DNA of 64,000 nt from Felis catus (lineage: Eukaryota): NCBI RefSeq assembly GCF_018350175.1, contig NC_058368.1:238020001-238084000 (forward strand), written 5' to 3'. The translations under genes were made by a program, and so were the position numbers. This document shows positions 47,299 to 59,339 of this stretch, piece after piece (positions within the stretch are counted from its first letter, which is position 1; every line of letters begins with the position of its first letter). The notes below the pieces were generated by a model. That model saw only the letters and a program-made list of their open reading frames with translations, was not told the DNA's origin and ran no database searches.

Positions 47299-48051
47299 TT
47301 AAAGAATATTTAATTCCTGAACACGCAACCGGGAAAGTTACAACTTAAGTTCCTGAGTTTCCCTGTGGATTCGGGTCCCCTGCGGCCATCGCTACTCCAC
47401 GTGCGCGTCTCGTGAAGTCAGAGTCGTCCTGTTGTCCTTCCATAGGTTGATGTAACTCAAGTCGGCCACCTGATTTTCTCACACCAGTGTCACTTATAAG
47501 AGTTAATGAGTTGAAAACAAGCAAACAAAGAAACAAACACCTGAAACAGCACGTCGGAAGAGCCAGGGTGTCTGGGGCTCTTTTGCACGAGCTCTGAATC
47601 TGGGAGGATTCACCTTCCCGACAAGAAAACCTACCTCGATATTTGGGCAGTCTGCGGCAAAAGCCTTTGAAGTAACTTGGAAGCATCATGCCTTCGACTT
47701 CTCTTGACATAAAGCTGTTCCAACAACCTGAAAATTTAAGCAGTTTCAGATCACCAGCCCACACTTCTCGTTCGGGGTCTGCGCTTCGGGCTGTGGGTTG
47801 GGATCCGTCGGCTCTGTGGGATTGTAACATCCCGTGTCCAGAGTTCACCATGGGGGGTGGGGGGGGGGGTCTCCGCTGACCCTGGGGGAGCCGCAGCAGG
47901 GGGCGCTGGCAAACGCGGCAGGAACAAGTCCATAGCAGGGAGGGCGTGGACGGTCAGGGGCAGTGGTCCAGTCTCCGCACGTGGATATCAACACTAACAG
48001 CCACCAGAGCCAGACGCAGGACCAAAAAGCATCCAATAACTAGAGAGAGTC

Positions 48052-48247
48052 TTTTTTTTTTTTAACGTTTATTTACTTTGAGAGACAGAGTGTGAGCAGA
48101 GGAGGCACAGAGAAAGAGACACAGAATCCGAAGCAGGCTCCAGGCCCTGAGCTGTCAGAGCCCGACGCGGGGCTCAAACCCATGAACCGTGAGATCATGA
48201 CCTGGGCCGAAGTCGGACGCTTAACCGACGGAGCCACCCGGTGCCCC
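48052..48247 (-). mobile_element. SINEC_Fc-type Can-SINE
   Basis: Reverse body ending ggagccacccggtgcccc. Confidence 0.95.
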
Positions 48248-48429
48248 AAGACGTTGTTTTAAACTGAGAAGCTCTGTGGCGCTCCCCGAAGAGACCGTTG
48301 TCATACATCTTAGTTAGCTAGATGTTACAGTAAGGAAATTGTTAGAAATACAAGGAGAGATTTAAGTGTCCATCAAGAGGTATCAGAGGTGAACACAGCT
48401 CTCAGCCTCAGACAGATCAAGTGGAGGAA

Positions 48430-48840
48430 AACAACAGGGTCTGCGAAATGTAATAAATAAATCGTAAATTGTTAGCTATAGAGCAGACTGCTTCTGGAAG
48501 ACAAACACTTCCCTGTCGCTCAGAGTAATAATCAAACATTTGTAGAAAATAATCCTATGCAAGTTTTCAAAGGCATCATTAATGATTTTATTGGCTGATG
48601 CATTCATACCACAGTTTAAAGACAATAAAAGAAAATTAAAAACAAATAACAGGGGTTTAAAATAAAACCAATTATGCAATTTGAAGAATAAAATCCTAAT
48701 CACTATTCAAAGAGAAAATAAAGACTCCAATTAAAGACTGATTTAAAAAGTAAAATGAGCCTGACACAAGAAAACAAACAGGATATGGCAAAAGCTGAAT
48801 TCAGAGAAAACATAAATATTTAAGTGCTCTTATTATTTAA
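48430..48840. promoter_or_regulatory. Candidate conserved non-coding element
   Basis: Repeat-free AT-rich block with cattaatgattttattgg (HOX/CDX-like), taataatcaa and ccaattatgcaat motifs. Confidence 0.45.
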
Positions 48841-48920
48841 AAAAAAAAAAGAAAGAAAGAATTGTTGTCGGGTTTTCCCTGCTGTATTATTTCAAGCTTT
48901 TAAGGAACACAGAATTTCCA

Positions 48921-49085
48921 GGGTGCCTGGGTGGCTCAGTCGGTTAAGCGTCCGACTCTGGCTCAGGTCATGATCTCACGGTTCGTGACTTCAAGCCCCT
49001 GCGTCGGGCTCTGTGCTGATGGCTCAGAGCCTGGAGCCTGCTTCAGAGTCTGTGTCTCCCTCTGTCTCTGCCCCTCCTCTGCTCA

Positions 49086-49119
<34 letters not shown>

Positions 49120-49152
49120 ATAAAGAAATAAAAACATTAAAAAAAAAAAAAA
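48921..49152 (+). mobile_element. SINEC_Fc-type Can-SINE
   Basis: Perfect 19-bp TSD aaggaacacagaatttcca at 48902-48920 and 49153-49171. Confidence 0.96.
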
Positions 49153-50479
49153 AAGGAACACAGAATTTCCATGCTTGGCCGAATCGGGGGAGAAGGAAAT
49201 CTCGAATTATTTCATGACACCTCCATCAATGGCCTTGATGCTGAAATCTTACTGAGATCAGAAGAACACAAGCACTTAATATTTCTTAAGAACATCATGG
49301 TTTCAGTAAGTTGGTGTTTTCTCAATCTTCTATGATAGGCATGTATTCCTTGCATTAAAAAAAGCAAATGATTCTTCTCAACAGTAACACGATGAAGGGA
49401 AAGCCTTTTCCGGGACAGGCTGGGAGTCCCAGACAGGGCCAGGAGGGGGTTCCTTTATTTCCTGGCCCATTTGCATGTCATCTGCATGAGTCAGAGGTGA
49501 CTTATGACTAGATGCTCCAAGTCCCCTTCCTGTCATCCCAGTGGTTGGGGAGGGCGAGGTGGCACTGATGCAGCCTGCCCTGCCCTCGCCCCCATGGCGG
49601 GAAGGGACCAGGGACGGGTCCAGCTCTAGTCCTCCCAGAGTCAGCTCTGGGACAGCCTGACCTGTCCTCGACTGTGGGGCCTCGTGTGCACATTACCCAC
49701 TCTGCAGCGAGTCTAGACGCTGGGGTGGTTCTCAACAGGGCACCTAGTGAGACCTTGGCACCCAAGGTGCCGTGTCTGTTCCAGCCCGCCAGTGGCTGTG
49801 CTCAGCTTGCCCCGGGGTGGCCGTGGTCCGGGCAAATGTTCGGGCAATAGCATGGCACTTTCACTCCATTTACGCTTGCACCAAAGTCTCCGATGTTCAA
49901 CTGCCAGTTCTGGAGCTCCTGTGAAGGGCAGGGACCATAGAGGTGTCTTCCAGAATCACCTAATGCCACCCTCACAGCCTTGCTGTGAGGTCAGGCTCCT
50001 GGGTGACACTCACAATGGGACACCCACCCGAGCCGAGTGCCCATCAGCGGTGGGTCTGTCTGGCTTCCAGCTCTGTGGATGTCACAACTCCTGGGCTGCC
50101 TCTCCAAAAAATGCATTCTCTGACCTTGTAAAGTATCCAAGTTTCTATTCCCCATTTTTATACAAAATGCCATATTGCAGAGGGGGAAAAAATCCTTTGT
50201 TGCTGGCATTTACAGTGGTTATACAGCTACTCAGCTACTTGGAACAACACTGCTGAAAGCATAAACTGCTTACGTCTGGTCTGACTCCCTAACAGCACAA
50301 TCTGTAAACAAATAATAAAGCCCCAAGAAGCTGCAGTGACATAACGCAAGCAACTTGATCTACGGTCACGGGGACGGGTCGGAAGTCCAATGGACTTAAC
50401 TCTGTGACCCCTGATGTCTCATTCGGAAACTGGGGTGGGAGCCTAGGGGAACCCAAAGTTATTACCAGCACCTATTCTG

Positions 50480-51290
50480 TGATGTTCCAAATCAGTGGTG
50501 AAAAGTGGTTGTTTCCACCCAATTAATTACCTCGGAGGGTGCGCTAACTCCAGTTACAAAGCTAAGCAGGTGCTAGCGGGCGTCGTCCAGCTCCACTCCA
50601 CGAAATGAAAAAGCACATGGCTTTTCTCAATTACCTTTTCTAGTCTCTACTTTTGGATTGAGTCATGCCTGTGCCTTTTATTTGTCTATTTCTGCAGTGT
50701 GGGAAAAGTGCCTCATTTGTAAAAGCCAAATATAGCACAGGACCTCCTTGTTACAACAGGATCCCGGGAACAGAGTAGCTTAGAAGTTATCAGGAGATGG
50801 GCCATAATGAGGCTAATTCTGGTCAGGTTTAATTATGTAAAGTTGGGCTGCAGAAAGGCATGGTCCACACGGCAGGCAGGCTCCGGGATGGGGGGCTTTC
50901 AGTGACAGCAGATGGGGCAGGACATGTCACCAACCACTCCATGAGCCACGTACTCCCCTTTCAGATGCCTTCTTGTCATTGAAAAGCAGGTGTCAGAGGG
51001 GAAATGTCATTGTGAAAGAGTTCTGTATTGGGAATTAGTTATCCCGTCATGATGCTGTGCCATTCACTTGTACAGCAGTTATTTTAAGTTCTCTGTCCCT
51101 TTACAGAGCCAGTTCTCAATTATCCATCACAAGAGAAGGTCAGTGGCAGGAGTGAACCCGATTGACAGGCAATTAAAAACAATGTACATTTACCTTTAAA
51201 ATGAGCTGCACAGTGAAAACAGGAAAAAGATACCTTGTAGGTTATTAAATTACCAAATTTTGTGAATTATCATAAAAACAACATTAAAAT
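50480..51290. promoter_or_regulatory. Candidate enhancer with a TALE/homeodomain/SOX motif cluster
   Basis: Multiple TGACA/TGTCA sites, aggtgtca, gattgacaggcaattaaaaacaatg (~51160-51185) and taattaatta-like motifs. Confidence 0.45.
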
Positions 51291-51299
51291 ATGTTGACT

Positions 51300-52320
51300 T
51301 TTAAATCAAATTGTAAAACAGCAACACATCTCCCTCTGCACAGCTCAACCACACATCCCCTAAAAAGGTCACTTCTAATTATTTCTATTATTAGTTCCTC
51401 TATTTTTACTTCCATATATCTTAATAACATGTTTGTAGCATATTTGTTGCAATATCCATTTTTTGGTATTATTTATTGACTTCCCACTCTGGGAGATAGA
51501 ATTTTAGCTCCTCACCCTGCCTCTCCCTCTCTGCATCTGACTATTTTCAGCTCCCGTGTTAATTACTTTTGTCACATGACATCACATCATTAGAATTCTA
51601 CTTCTTGTTCCATTAAATATGGAGAAAATATTTCCTTACCTTGGAATACAAGATTGTAACAGCTTCACGTTTCCATGTATCCATCATCCCTCCTTCCCAC
51701 CTCCAAAATCCTCTTTATATTTTACTTTTCTATTGTCAACCTTGATGCCATTGGCATTTTATTCCATAATATCATAATTAAATATTCTCTGATTTCTGTT
51801 TGAATGATTCCAAAGCCTGGGAGATCACTGAACCATGTTTACATTATGGACTTTGTACATTATTAACTGCAAAATGGAATCATATGTTTTAATTGTATTC
51901 CCTTCCTTTTATAGCTTTTTGGTTTCTCTGGAGTTTCTAATTGCCTTGTTTTTCTGAATCAATTGATTTTGCTTTGTCCTTAAAAAATAATATTTTAAGG
52001 GCGTATGAAATCAATGAACTCTCCCACCATCATGATTTTTTTTTCTCCCCCAGGGACTTCCCTCCTAGAGACCTCTGTTCTCTAGGGCTTATTTTTCTCT
52101 AGGCCTGTCATCCCGGGACTTAAATTTCTCAGTGTCCTGAGTGGTACCCACTGTTCTCCCCAATCCATGTCTTTTTGATTGTCTTTTTGATTTCCACATT
52201 CTTGTTTTGGAGTACCTCCTCGAGTAATATCCTTACAAAAGATTGGTGCGTGGGACATAAGCAATGAATGCTTACACATTTACACTTTATTTATACTATT
52301 CTCATAGTTAGTTTGATTTA
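51300..52320 (-). mobile_element. Very old L1 (L1ME-like) remnant
   Basis: T-rich degenerate sequence with L1-like phrases such as tcttgttttggagtacctcctcgagtaat; poorly resolved. Confidence 0.45.
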
Positions 52321-52329
52321 TATCTAAGA

Positions 52330-52750
52330 TTTGGGAGCCTGAGACAAGGCATTAGATGCAAGCACTTTTTTGGGGACATACTCCCAGGAAGTTCTGGTAG
52401 GAAGGTAGGAAAGTGAGGAAAAGAAGAAAAAACAAACCAGCATCCTCTGCCTTCATGTGTAGGTTACCGCTGTGAGCAAGTGAGCACCTCTGGGAGACTG
52501 TTTGATTGGTATGTCCTCCAAGCTATCTCAATCAGAGTAATTAACAGCAACAACAACAACCATCAGGCACTATAAGAGGACTTCTCCCAAGAGTGTTAAC
52601 TGCCTAGAACTTCCAACCTGAAGGTTGGCTTCTTCAACCAGAGAAAGCCCTTTGGCAAAGATTTGCAAGTGTCATACCAGGAAGCATCAATCTGCTCAGG
52701 GTAGTTCATGGCAAAGGGGTATATGAGGGCACAAGGGTGTCTGCCTCTGC
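52330..52750 (-). mobile_element. ERVL solo LTR (LTR33/LTR41-like)
   Basis: gagcctgagacaaggcattagatgcaagcacttttttggggacatactcccaggaag resembles the antisense ERVL LTR end. Confidence 0.55.
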
Positions 52751-53349
52751 AGGTATATAATTCTAGATGGAAAACAACATTCTCTTAGAAGTAAGTTCAT
52801 GCTCACTGTATTCTAGCATAAGTTCCTTGCTTCTTGATTATTTTAAAAATGCAATATCTCCTATCATTTCCTCTGAGACTATTAGAGCTATGGTCAGTGT
52901 GTTCTTGTGTTCCCTAAGTTGTTCCTCTTCCCCAGAGCCAGGCTTTCCTACTTCCTGGATTATGATGCACACAGGTGGGGCTCACCAACCAACAGACTTC
53001 ACATTAGGCTGAGTTAGTTGTGAACCAGTCATTACATTAGGAAAGTCCAAAGTGCTAGAGTTAAGATAGCTATTCTACGAGGCACCAACTCCCACACATT
53101 TGAGTTCTGGCTCTCATTATCTTCCTGATACTTGTCTTAATTATTTTTGAAAGAGTGGTTTTGGGGAAGAAATCTACTGAGAGCTGGTCACGTTCCTTGA
53201 GATGTTTATAAGAACTCCAAGCAAGAGAAAAAAACAAAAAAAAAAAACAAAAACCTCCAAGCAAGGGTGCCAAATAGGCAGTTCGTTTGATACAAGTCTT
53301 GTTTCAGAGTGAGGTCCGACCTGGAGGCATGACTGTCTGGGTTGTTGGT

Positions 53350-53465
53350 CTCTAGATGTTGTTTAAGCCACAAGACCAAATGAGATCTTTGAGAGAGGAA
53401 GAATATAGACAAAGAGAAGAGGTCCAGGAATTGAGCCTAGAGGACTGAAGAAGAGCCAGTGACAG
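53350..53465 (-). mobile_element. L2 fragment
   Basis: gatgttgtttaagccacaagaccaaatgagatc...agagaagaggtccaggaattgagcc. Confidence 0.65.
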
Positions 53466-53469
53466 CGGG

Positions 53470-53931
53470 CAGCTGAAAAGGACAGAAACGTATTCCCTCC
53501 CAGTCCTGGAGCAGAAGTCTAATGTGGGAACATCTGCAGGGATGGGTCCTTCTGAGGCCATGAGGGAGAGTCCGTTCCAGGTCTCTCCCAGCGTCTGGTT
53601 GTCTGCTGACAATCTGTGGCATGTCTGGTGTTCCAGGTGCACCTGGCCCCTCCAACTTTCCACCCTCACAAGGCATTCTACCTGTGTCTCTTCACATTGT
53701 CCCTTCTGTGTGTGTGTGTGTATGTGTGTGTGTGTGTGTGTGTGTGTCTCCATGTCGAAATGTCCCCTTCTTATAAGAACATCACTCATATTGGATTATG
53801 GCTCACCCTAGTGACTTCATCTTAACTTGAGAACCTCTGTGAAGACCCTATTTTCAAAGAAGGTCACATTCTGAGTCACTAGGGATTAAAACTTCAACGT
53901 ATATTTGGGGAAAACACAATTCAGCCATAAT
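53470..53931 (-). mobile_element. MaLR solo LTR (MLT1B/C-like) with an internal (TG)n at ~53707-53746
   Basis: gtccttctgaggccatgagggagagtccgttccagg, tgacttcatcttaacttga, gaccctattttcaaagaaggtcacattctgag and acacaattcagccataa. Confidence 0.88.
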
Positions 53932-54184
53932 GCCCTCTTGGCTCATTTCCTCATCCCCGGATCTCGGATCCAGCCACACATCCTCTGCAACCCCACGCAG
54001 GGCTGTGTCTTAGTTGAAAGGCTGTTTGTCATGTACATGTCTGTGTCTGCCACCACGTTCCTTGGACACTTTCCAAAAGGTATATTTAGTTTTTCTAAAA
54101 TTTGTTCATGCCAATCCTATTTCTATCATAAATATGTAAAGTAATTAACTGCTATGCAATCTGATGAATGTGAAAAACAATTTA

Positions 54185-54401
54185 AAAATTTTTTAATGTT
54201 TATTTATTTTTGACAGAGAGAGAGAGAGACAGAGCATGAGCAGGGGAGGGGCAGAGAGAGAAGGAGACATAGAATCCAAAGAAGGCTCCAGGCTCCAAGC
54301 GGTCAGCACAGAGCCCGACGCGGGGCTCGAACTCACAGACCGTGAGATCGTGACCTGAGCCGAAGTCGGACGCTCAACCGACTGAGCCACCCTGGCGCCC
54401 C
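54185..54401 (-). mobile_element. SINEC_Fc-type Can-SINE
   Basis: Reverse body; TSD tgtgaaa(aa/gc)caatttaaa. Confidence 0.95.
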
Positions 54402-54940
54402 TGTGAAAGCCAATTTAAATGCAGGGTAATATTTGCTAGCAAGAAGAGTGACTTCCAACAATCACTATGAAATTAACATTGGATAAAGTAGCCCTAAAAG
54501 ATTGGAACAATGGCTTAGGAATCCAGAAGGATACTTCACTCAAGTTGTTGTGCAAGTGTTTTTATGTTCTTGACCCAGTTGGAGGAAACCCAGCCTCTAA
54601 ACTGAAATCGTATACTATGCAGATGTATAAAAGAGGGGAGAAAAATCTGCTCAACTCCAGTCAGTAAAGTTGTGCTCAGAGAAAAGGCCTGAACTGCACA
54701 CTGGATCATTGGCAGGTCAGTGCCAAACATTGGTTTAAAATGGAAATGAAATGTTTAAGGTGTTTGTTATTATAATTCTGCCCCTCAGCTGCATTCCATT
54801 AACTCCAGATACCAGCCCACATGTCACAGAAGGACGTTCCTACCTGAACATCATGTTTCCCGGTTGAGGCTCAGAGCTATTAAATACTGCATGTACTCTA
54901 CATAGCTGAGGCAGGCCTGAGCCTGGGCAGTGCAGTTTCA

Positions 54941-55274
54941 CTTATTAATTTTTTTTAATTTTGATTATTTTTATTTGATTTTTTAATTTTTATTATAATT
55001 TTATATTATATTATTATTTTATTTATTTTTACTTTATTTTATTTTATTATTATTTTATTTTAATTTTAATATTTTTATTTAATTTTTATTTATTTTGAGA
55101 GACAGAGAGAGTGCAGAGGAGGGGATGAGAGAAGGTGAGAGAGAGAATCCCAAGCAGGCTCCACACTGCCAGCATGGAGCCCGATGCAGGGCTCGAACCC
55201 GTGAACCTCGAGATTACGACCAGAGCCGAAGTCAAGAGTCGGACGTTTAACTGACTGAGCTCTCCAGGTGCCCC
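54941..55274 (-). mobile_element. Can-SINE with a ~150-nt expanded A/T tail
   Basis: Reverse body at ~55090-55274; TSD tgggcagtg(ca/tc)gtttca at 54924-54940 and 55275-55291 brackets the whole AT-rich tract. Confidence 0.93.
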
Positions 55275-56809
55275 TGGGCAGTGTCGTTTCAGAGCATGGC
55301 TGCTGATCCCTCCGGTGGGAAGCAGGTTGACTCATGGAAGGACCCAGAACTGACCCAGGGAAGTCTGATGAGTCACTATCTAGTGAACAAGAGACATGGT
55401 TAAATGTTAACACACACATTTCAATCTTTCTTTAATTGTGTCTCAATTCTCCTTCCAAGCCCCACGCTTGGTTTTCATGTTTCAGTTTCCTGTAGAATCT
55501 GGGGGGGGGGAAGCCAGCAGTTGTTGCCCAGGAAGACAGACTCATCCATTCGTGTACTCAAATGTGGAGCTTGCAGCAGATAGAAGGGGGTCTCTGCCTG
55601 TGCCTGGGATGGTTCCAGACACATGCAGACTCAGTAAATCCCAGAGCAAGTCAGACAGATCGGACCCCTTGTCTCCCAGAGTCATCGGCAAACACGAGTC
55701 CCTGGTGATAGTCAGGACGTGAACGCTGCCCTCCTGGAGCTTATAGGCCACCAGGGAGACTGGAATGTGAGCCGATGACAACAGACTAGGGCCCAGGGGA
55801 TGGGGGGAGCGTGGGGTGTGCCCAGGACCTGGAGGAGGGCCCAGGCTCTGGGCTCCGTCCTTGTGAACTTTCTCCCGTTCGATCCCCACAGGGCAGCTCA
55901 AGGCACAGACACCCTCCCCAAGCCCCAGGCGCAACAGCACGGGCGATGGCGATGTGGACGGGCGTCAGCAAAGACCCAGCTGGGTCAGCCCTCCTGCCGC
56001 CACCTTTCCTTCCTTCTCCACAGGCGGTCAGGGGTTCCTCAGCCGGGGGGGGGGGGGGGGGGGGAACCACACGTCTCTGGCTGCCCCTTTTGCTTCCGGG
56101 CTCAGAAGCCTCGGGGGCGCGGTCTGCATTTGCACACACGTGCAGGACATCCCCTCCAGGCAGACGCACGCCCCCCGACGCGGGTTAAAACAGGGCTGCT
56201 CTGGCAAGTCGGCTGGAAACATTCACGTGTCTCCTTCCCTCCAAAGGCGGCCCCTCGGCCGACACTTCAACACAGGCGGGCAAGCTGTGGCCGGCCCCCA
56301 GCCACCGCTCCCGCGTCCCCCTCCCGAAGTCGGCACTCCCCGCCATGTTACAAGGGACGGCGGCTCTGTGATCGATCCGGCCGATTTCCGGGTGCTCCTG
56401 GGCTGGCAGCGGTCCGCTCTGAACCGTGTCAGCTGGCGGGCACCTCCGCGTCACGGCCCGAGTGCGCCCGGGAAGGGTGGCCGCCTGGACAGGAGCCCTT
56501 CGGGGGCCTTGGGCGGTGCCGGGAGAGCTGCGTCAGGGAGAAGGGGAAGGCGCGCGCCCCGTAGGACGCCTCATCTGCGGCAAGGGACAAACACACCGTT
56601 TGCTACGAACACCGTCAGGGCAGGTGGGCAGTGGGCAGGCTGCTCTTCGGTGAGACACCTGGGTTATGTTTTGTCATCACGAAAGCAAAACGGATCTTTA
56701 GCAACTTGGGAACACGCAACCAATAAACCTTTCTAAACTGACCGTTAAGCCTCCTCACCAAGGGCTTCGTACCCCTGCACTCACTGTGTTGTCTTCTTTT
56801 CCTCCTCAG

Positions 56810-56854
56810 CCTTCGAAAACGTGGATAGATGGATTTGATATAGACAAGGAGCAC
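56810..56854 (+). other. Candidate 45-nt cassette exon (gene unknown)
   Basis: Branch-like ctcac at ~56780, polypyrimidine tract gtcttcttttcctcctcag, donor CAC|gtaagt; phase-0 frame is open (PSKTWIDGFDIDKEH). Confidence 0.3.
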
Positions 56855-56899
56855 GTAAGTTTACAAAAGCCATATTTAAATGTGGGTTATAGGTAAATA

Positions 56900-57570
56900 A
56901 ATACACGTGTGTGTGTGTGTATGGTTTTCGTGGATTTTTTCAGTGTCCTGTTTATACAATTTACTATCTTGTTTTTCTCACTTAACATCAAAACAATGGA
57001 TTATCCCTGCGTCTTTGAACAGCTGCTACAATGCGACTTCCACGCGCCGGGGTGCCCCACCATCTGACACACTGGCCTGGGCTAGTTCAGCATCGCCCGG
57101 ACCTCACGGGGGTGGGTCTTTTCTAGTATTTCCCCTTGCTTTCTAGTAGGTCCCCCGAGGTTAGACTTACATCAATGTTTTTCTGACTTTCTGGCGTCCT
57201 TGGGGTTTTTGTTTTTCTTTTTCCCTCAGGGGAATCACAAGGTCAAAGCAATGAAACAAAATGGGAGCTCTGGATAAGAGCTCCCAAAAGGCTCTCCGGT
57301 GGGGCTCAGCCGACTTCTGCGCCCCCCACCCACCCAGCCACGGGACCAGTTTCCCGGCACCGTCACCGACACTGGCCACTAGCACGGAGCTCAGTGTCAA
57401 CGCAAAGGGTGAGAAATGGTCTTTTTAATTTTTTTTAATTTTATTCATCTGTATGCCTTTTCTCACCATGAGGCTGGACATTTTTCAAAAGTATACTGGG
57501 CATTCTGGATTTCTTTTCCTGGTTAGACTGTTTCTATCTCTCCCACTTGGTTTTCATGTTTTTCTTACCC
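56900..57570 (-). mobile_element. Old L1ME-like 3' fragments
   Basis: ttgttttttctcacttaaca, gagaaatggtctttttaattt and gggcattctggatttcttttc motifs. Confidence 0.5.
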
Positions 57571-59339
57571 ACCCCTAGTAAAATAATTGGAATTAATGTT
57601 CTGGTCCTTGCATAACATTTTTGAAATGGCCTCAATTAAAGAGGGAAAAGACCGGACTCGGTGCTTTCCCCAGGCCTCGTACATTGCATTTTCCGGAGAC
57701 GTTTAAAAGGTCAATGCTACTTCAAAGTCAGACTTCAGCCTGAGTGGACCGCCACCAGAAGGCAATACGGTTTTAGATATGTTCCACCGGTTTTGACTTC
57801 TTAAAATGTCAAGCTCATAAATTCACCCCCTCAGACAAACCCAGGTGCCGATCACCCCTCACCAGATACTCACTTAGCCACGAGGACGTTTGGAGCCTTG
57901 AGCCACGGTCCCACAAAAACCACATTCCGTCCTTGTCTGTAATAAGCCTGGGGTTTAGATGCAGTGATGAAATTCAAATTCCCTGTCTCTACCCTCTTTA
58001 AATTCTACTCACTCATTTTTTCTTCTCCAAATCCAGTAATCTGGGGTTAAAACAAAAAAAACACCTACAGTTTTGGTGCAGACAGAATCAAGGATAACTT
58101 TTTAGTCTCCGAAGGTTTACTAGATGCCCAGAATAGATCTTTCACCCTAAAGTGACGACCTCCGCCTCTGCCTTGGCATCGGGGGCTGTGAGCCCTGTAC
58201 TCCCCTCAGAGCGGCCCCCCCTCCCGGACCTGGACCCAGACCCCGGTCGGGCTTGGAAGCCAGTGAGATGGGACGGACGGGGAACCTAGGGTGGCCCTGG
58301 GGAGTCACCGCCAGGCGAGCCCACTGGAAATGACAAGAGCTCATCTCTGACTACGGGACGGAACTGAAGCGTCCTGGGTCCCGTGCCCCCAGCATGAGGC
58401 TAATGAGGGCTCACCCCTCCCTTCTTCGCCCGGGAGGACACGCGGCCTGCTGATGTGCCCGGGATGTGCCGTGACTGTGCCCACACTGCAGCTCCGCTCA
58501 GCTGCAGATAAACCAATGAGTCGCTCGCTGGAAGCCTCGATTTCCTCATCAGTGGCGGCAAGGGAAGCATTGATGAGCCCCGAAGGACTGGACGTACACG
58601 TGACCCGGTAGCTCAGGGCCAGAGCCCGAGGGGGCCCTCCGTGAAGGCAGGCTCTGTGTCTCCATCTCCCTCCGGGGGATGACACCTCGGTGGTACCGAG
58701 GGACAAATCTGTTCCTGACTGTAAGAGCCAGCAAATGAACCAGGTCTACATTTAGGTCCTGCTCTGTCACCACAGGACCAGCTATAACCTGCCGGGCTGG
58801 GGGTGGGGGGAGTGACTCCGGGGCATCTGAAGGGCCGGAGGACGCTCCTCGCAACGCCAGGCTCTGAGGCCCGGGCAGAGGAGGGGACGCCGAGAACCGC
58901 CCTCCGCACAGGACGCGCTGCTAACGGTGGTAAAGACCGGGGAGCCAGGGCCGACCGCGGGCTGCCTGGTGTGGCGGAAACAAACCTGTCACTCCAGCCG
59001 CACGTCTGCCTGGAGGACCCGAGGGAGGCTGTAACCCCTTCACACCTTATTGCCGGGAAGTGACTTTGTGATTTGACACATTAAAAACAGGTTCAAGCGA
59101 GGCTCCTCTCCAGTGAGTTGGAACCTCTGAAGTGACAGGCCTGCCTTCCCTCCTGCACACGCTGGCACAGACAGGAGGCTTCCAGAAGGAAGGGCTGGGG
59201 AGGGGCAGGTGGGGGGCTTTCCTGGAACACTGTGTTGTCAGTGCTCCCTGTATTACCAGCAGAGACCAGGCCAGTGGTTGAACTGAGTCCTCGAATAATT
59301 AGTAACAAGAACAAGGAGGAACCTCTAATTCAGGACCCC

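Noticed and set aside
55800..56736. 254-aa and 260-aa overlapping ORFs
   Set aside because: Several frames are open at once in GC-rich DNA crossing a poly-G run; no recognisable protein.
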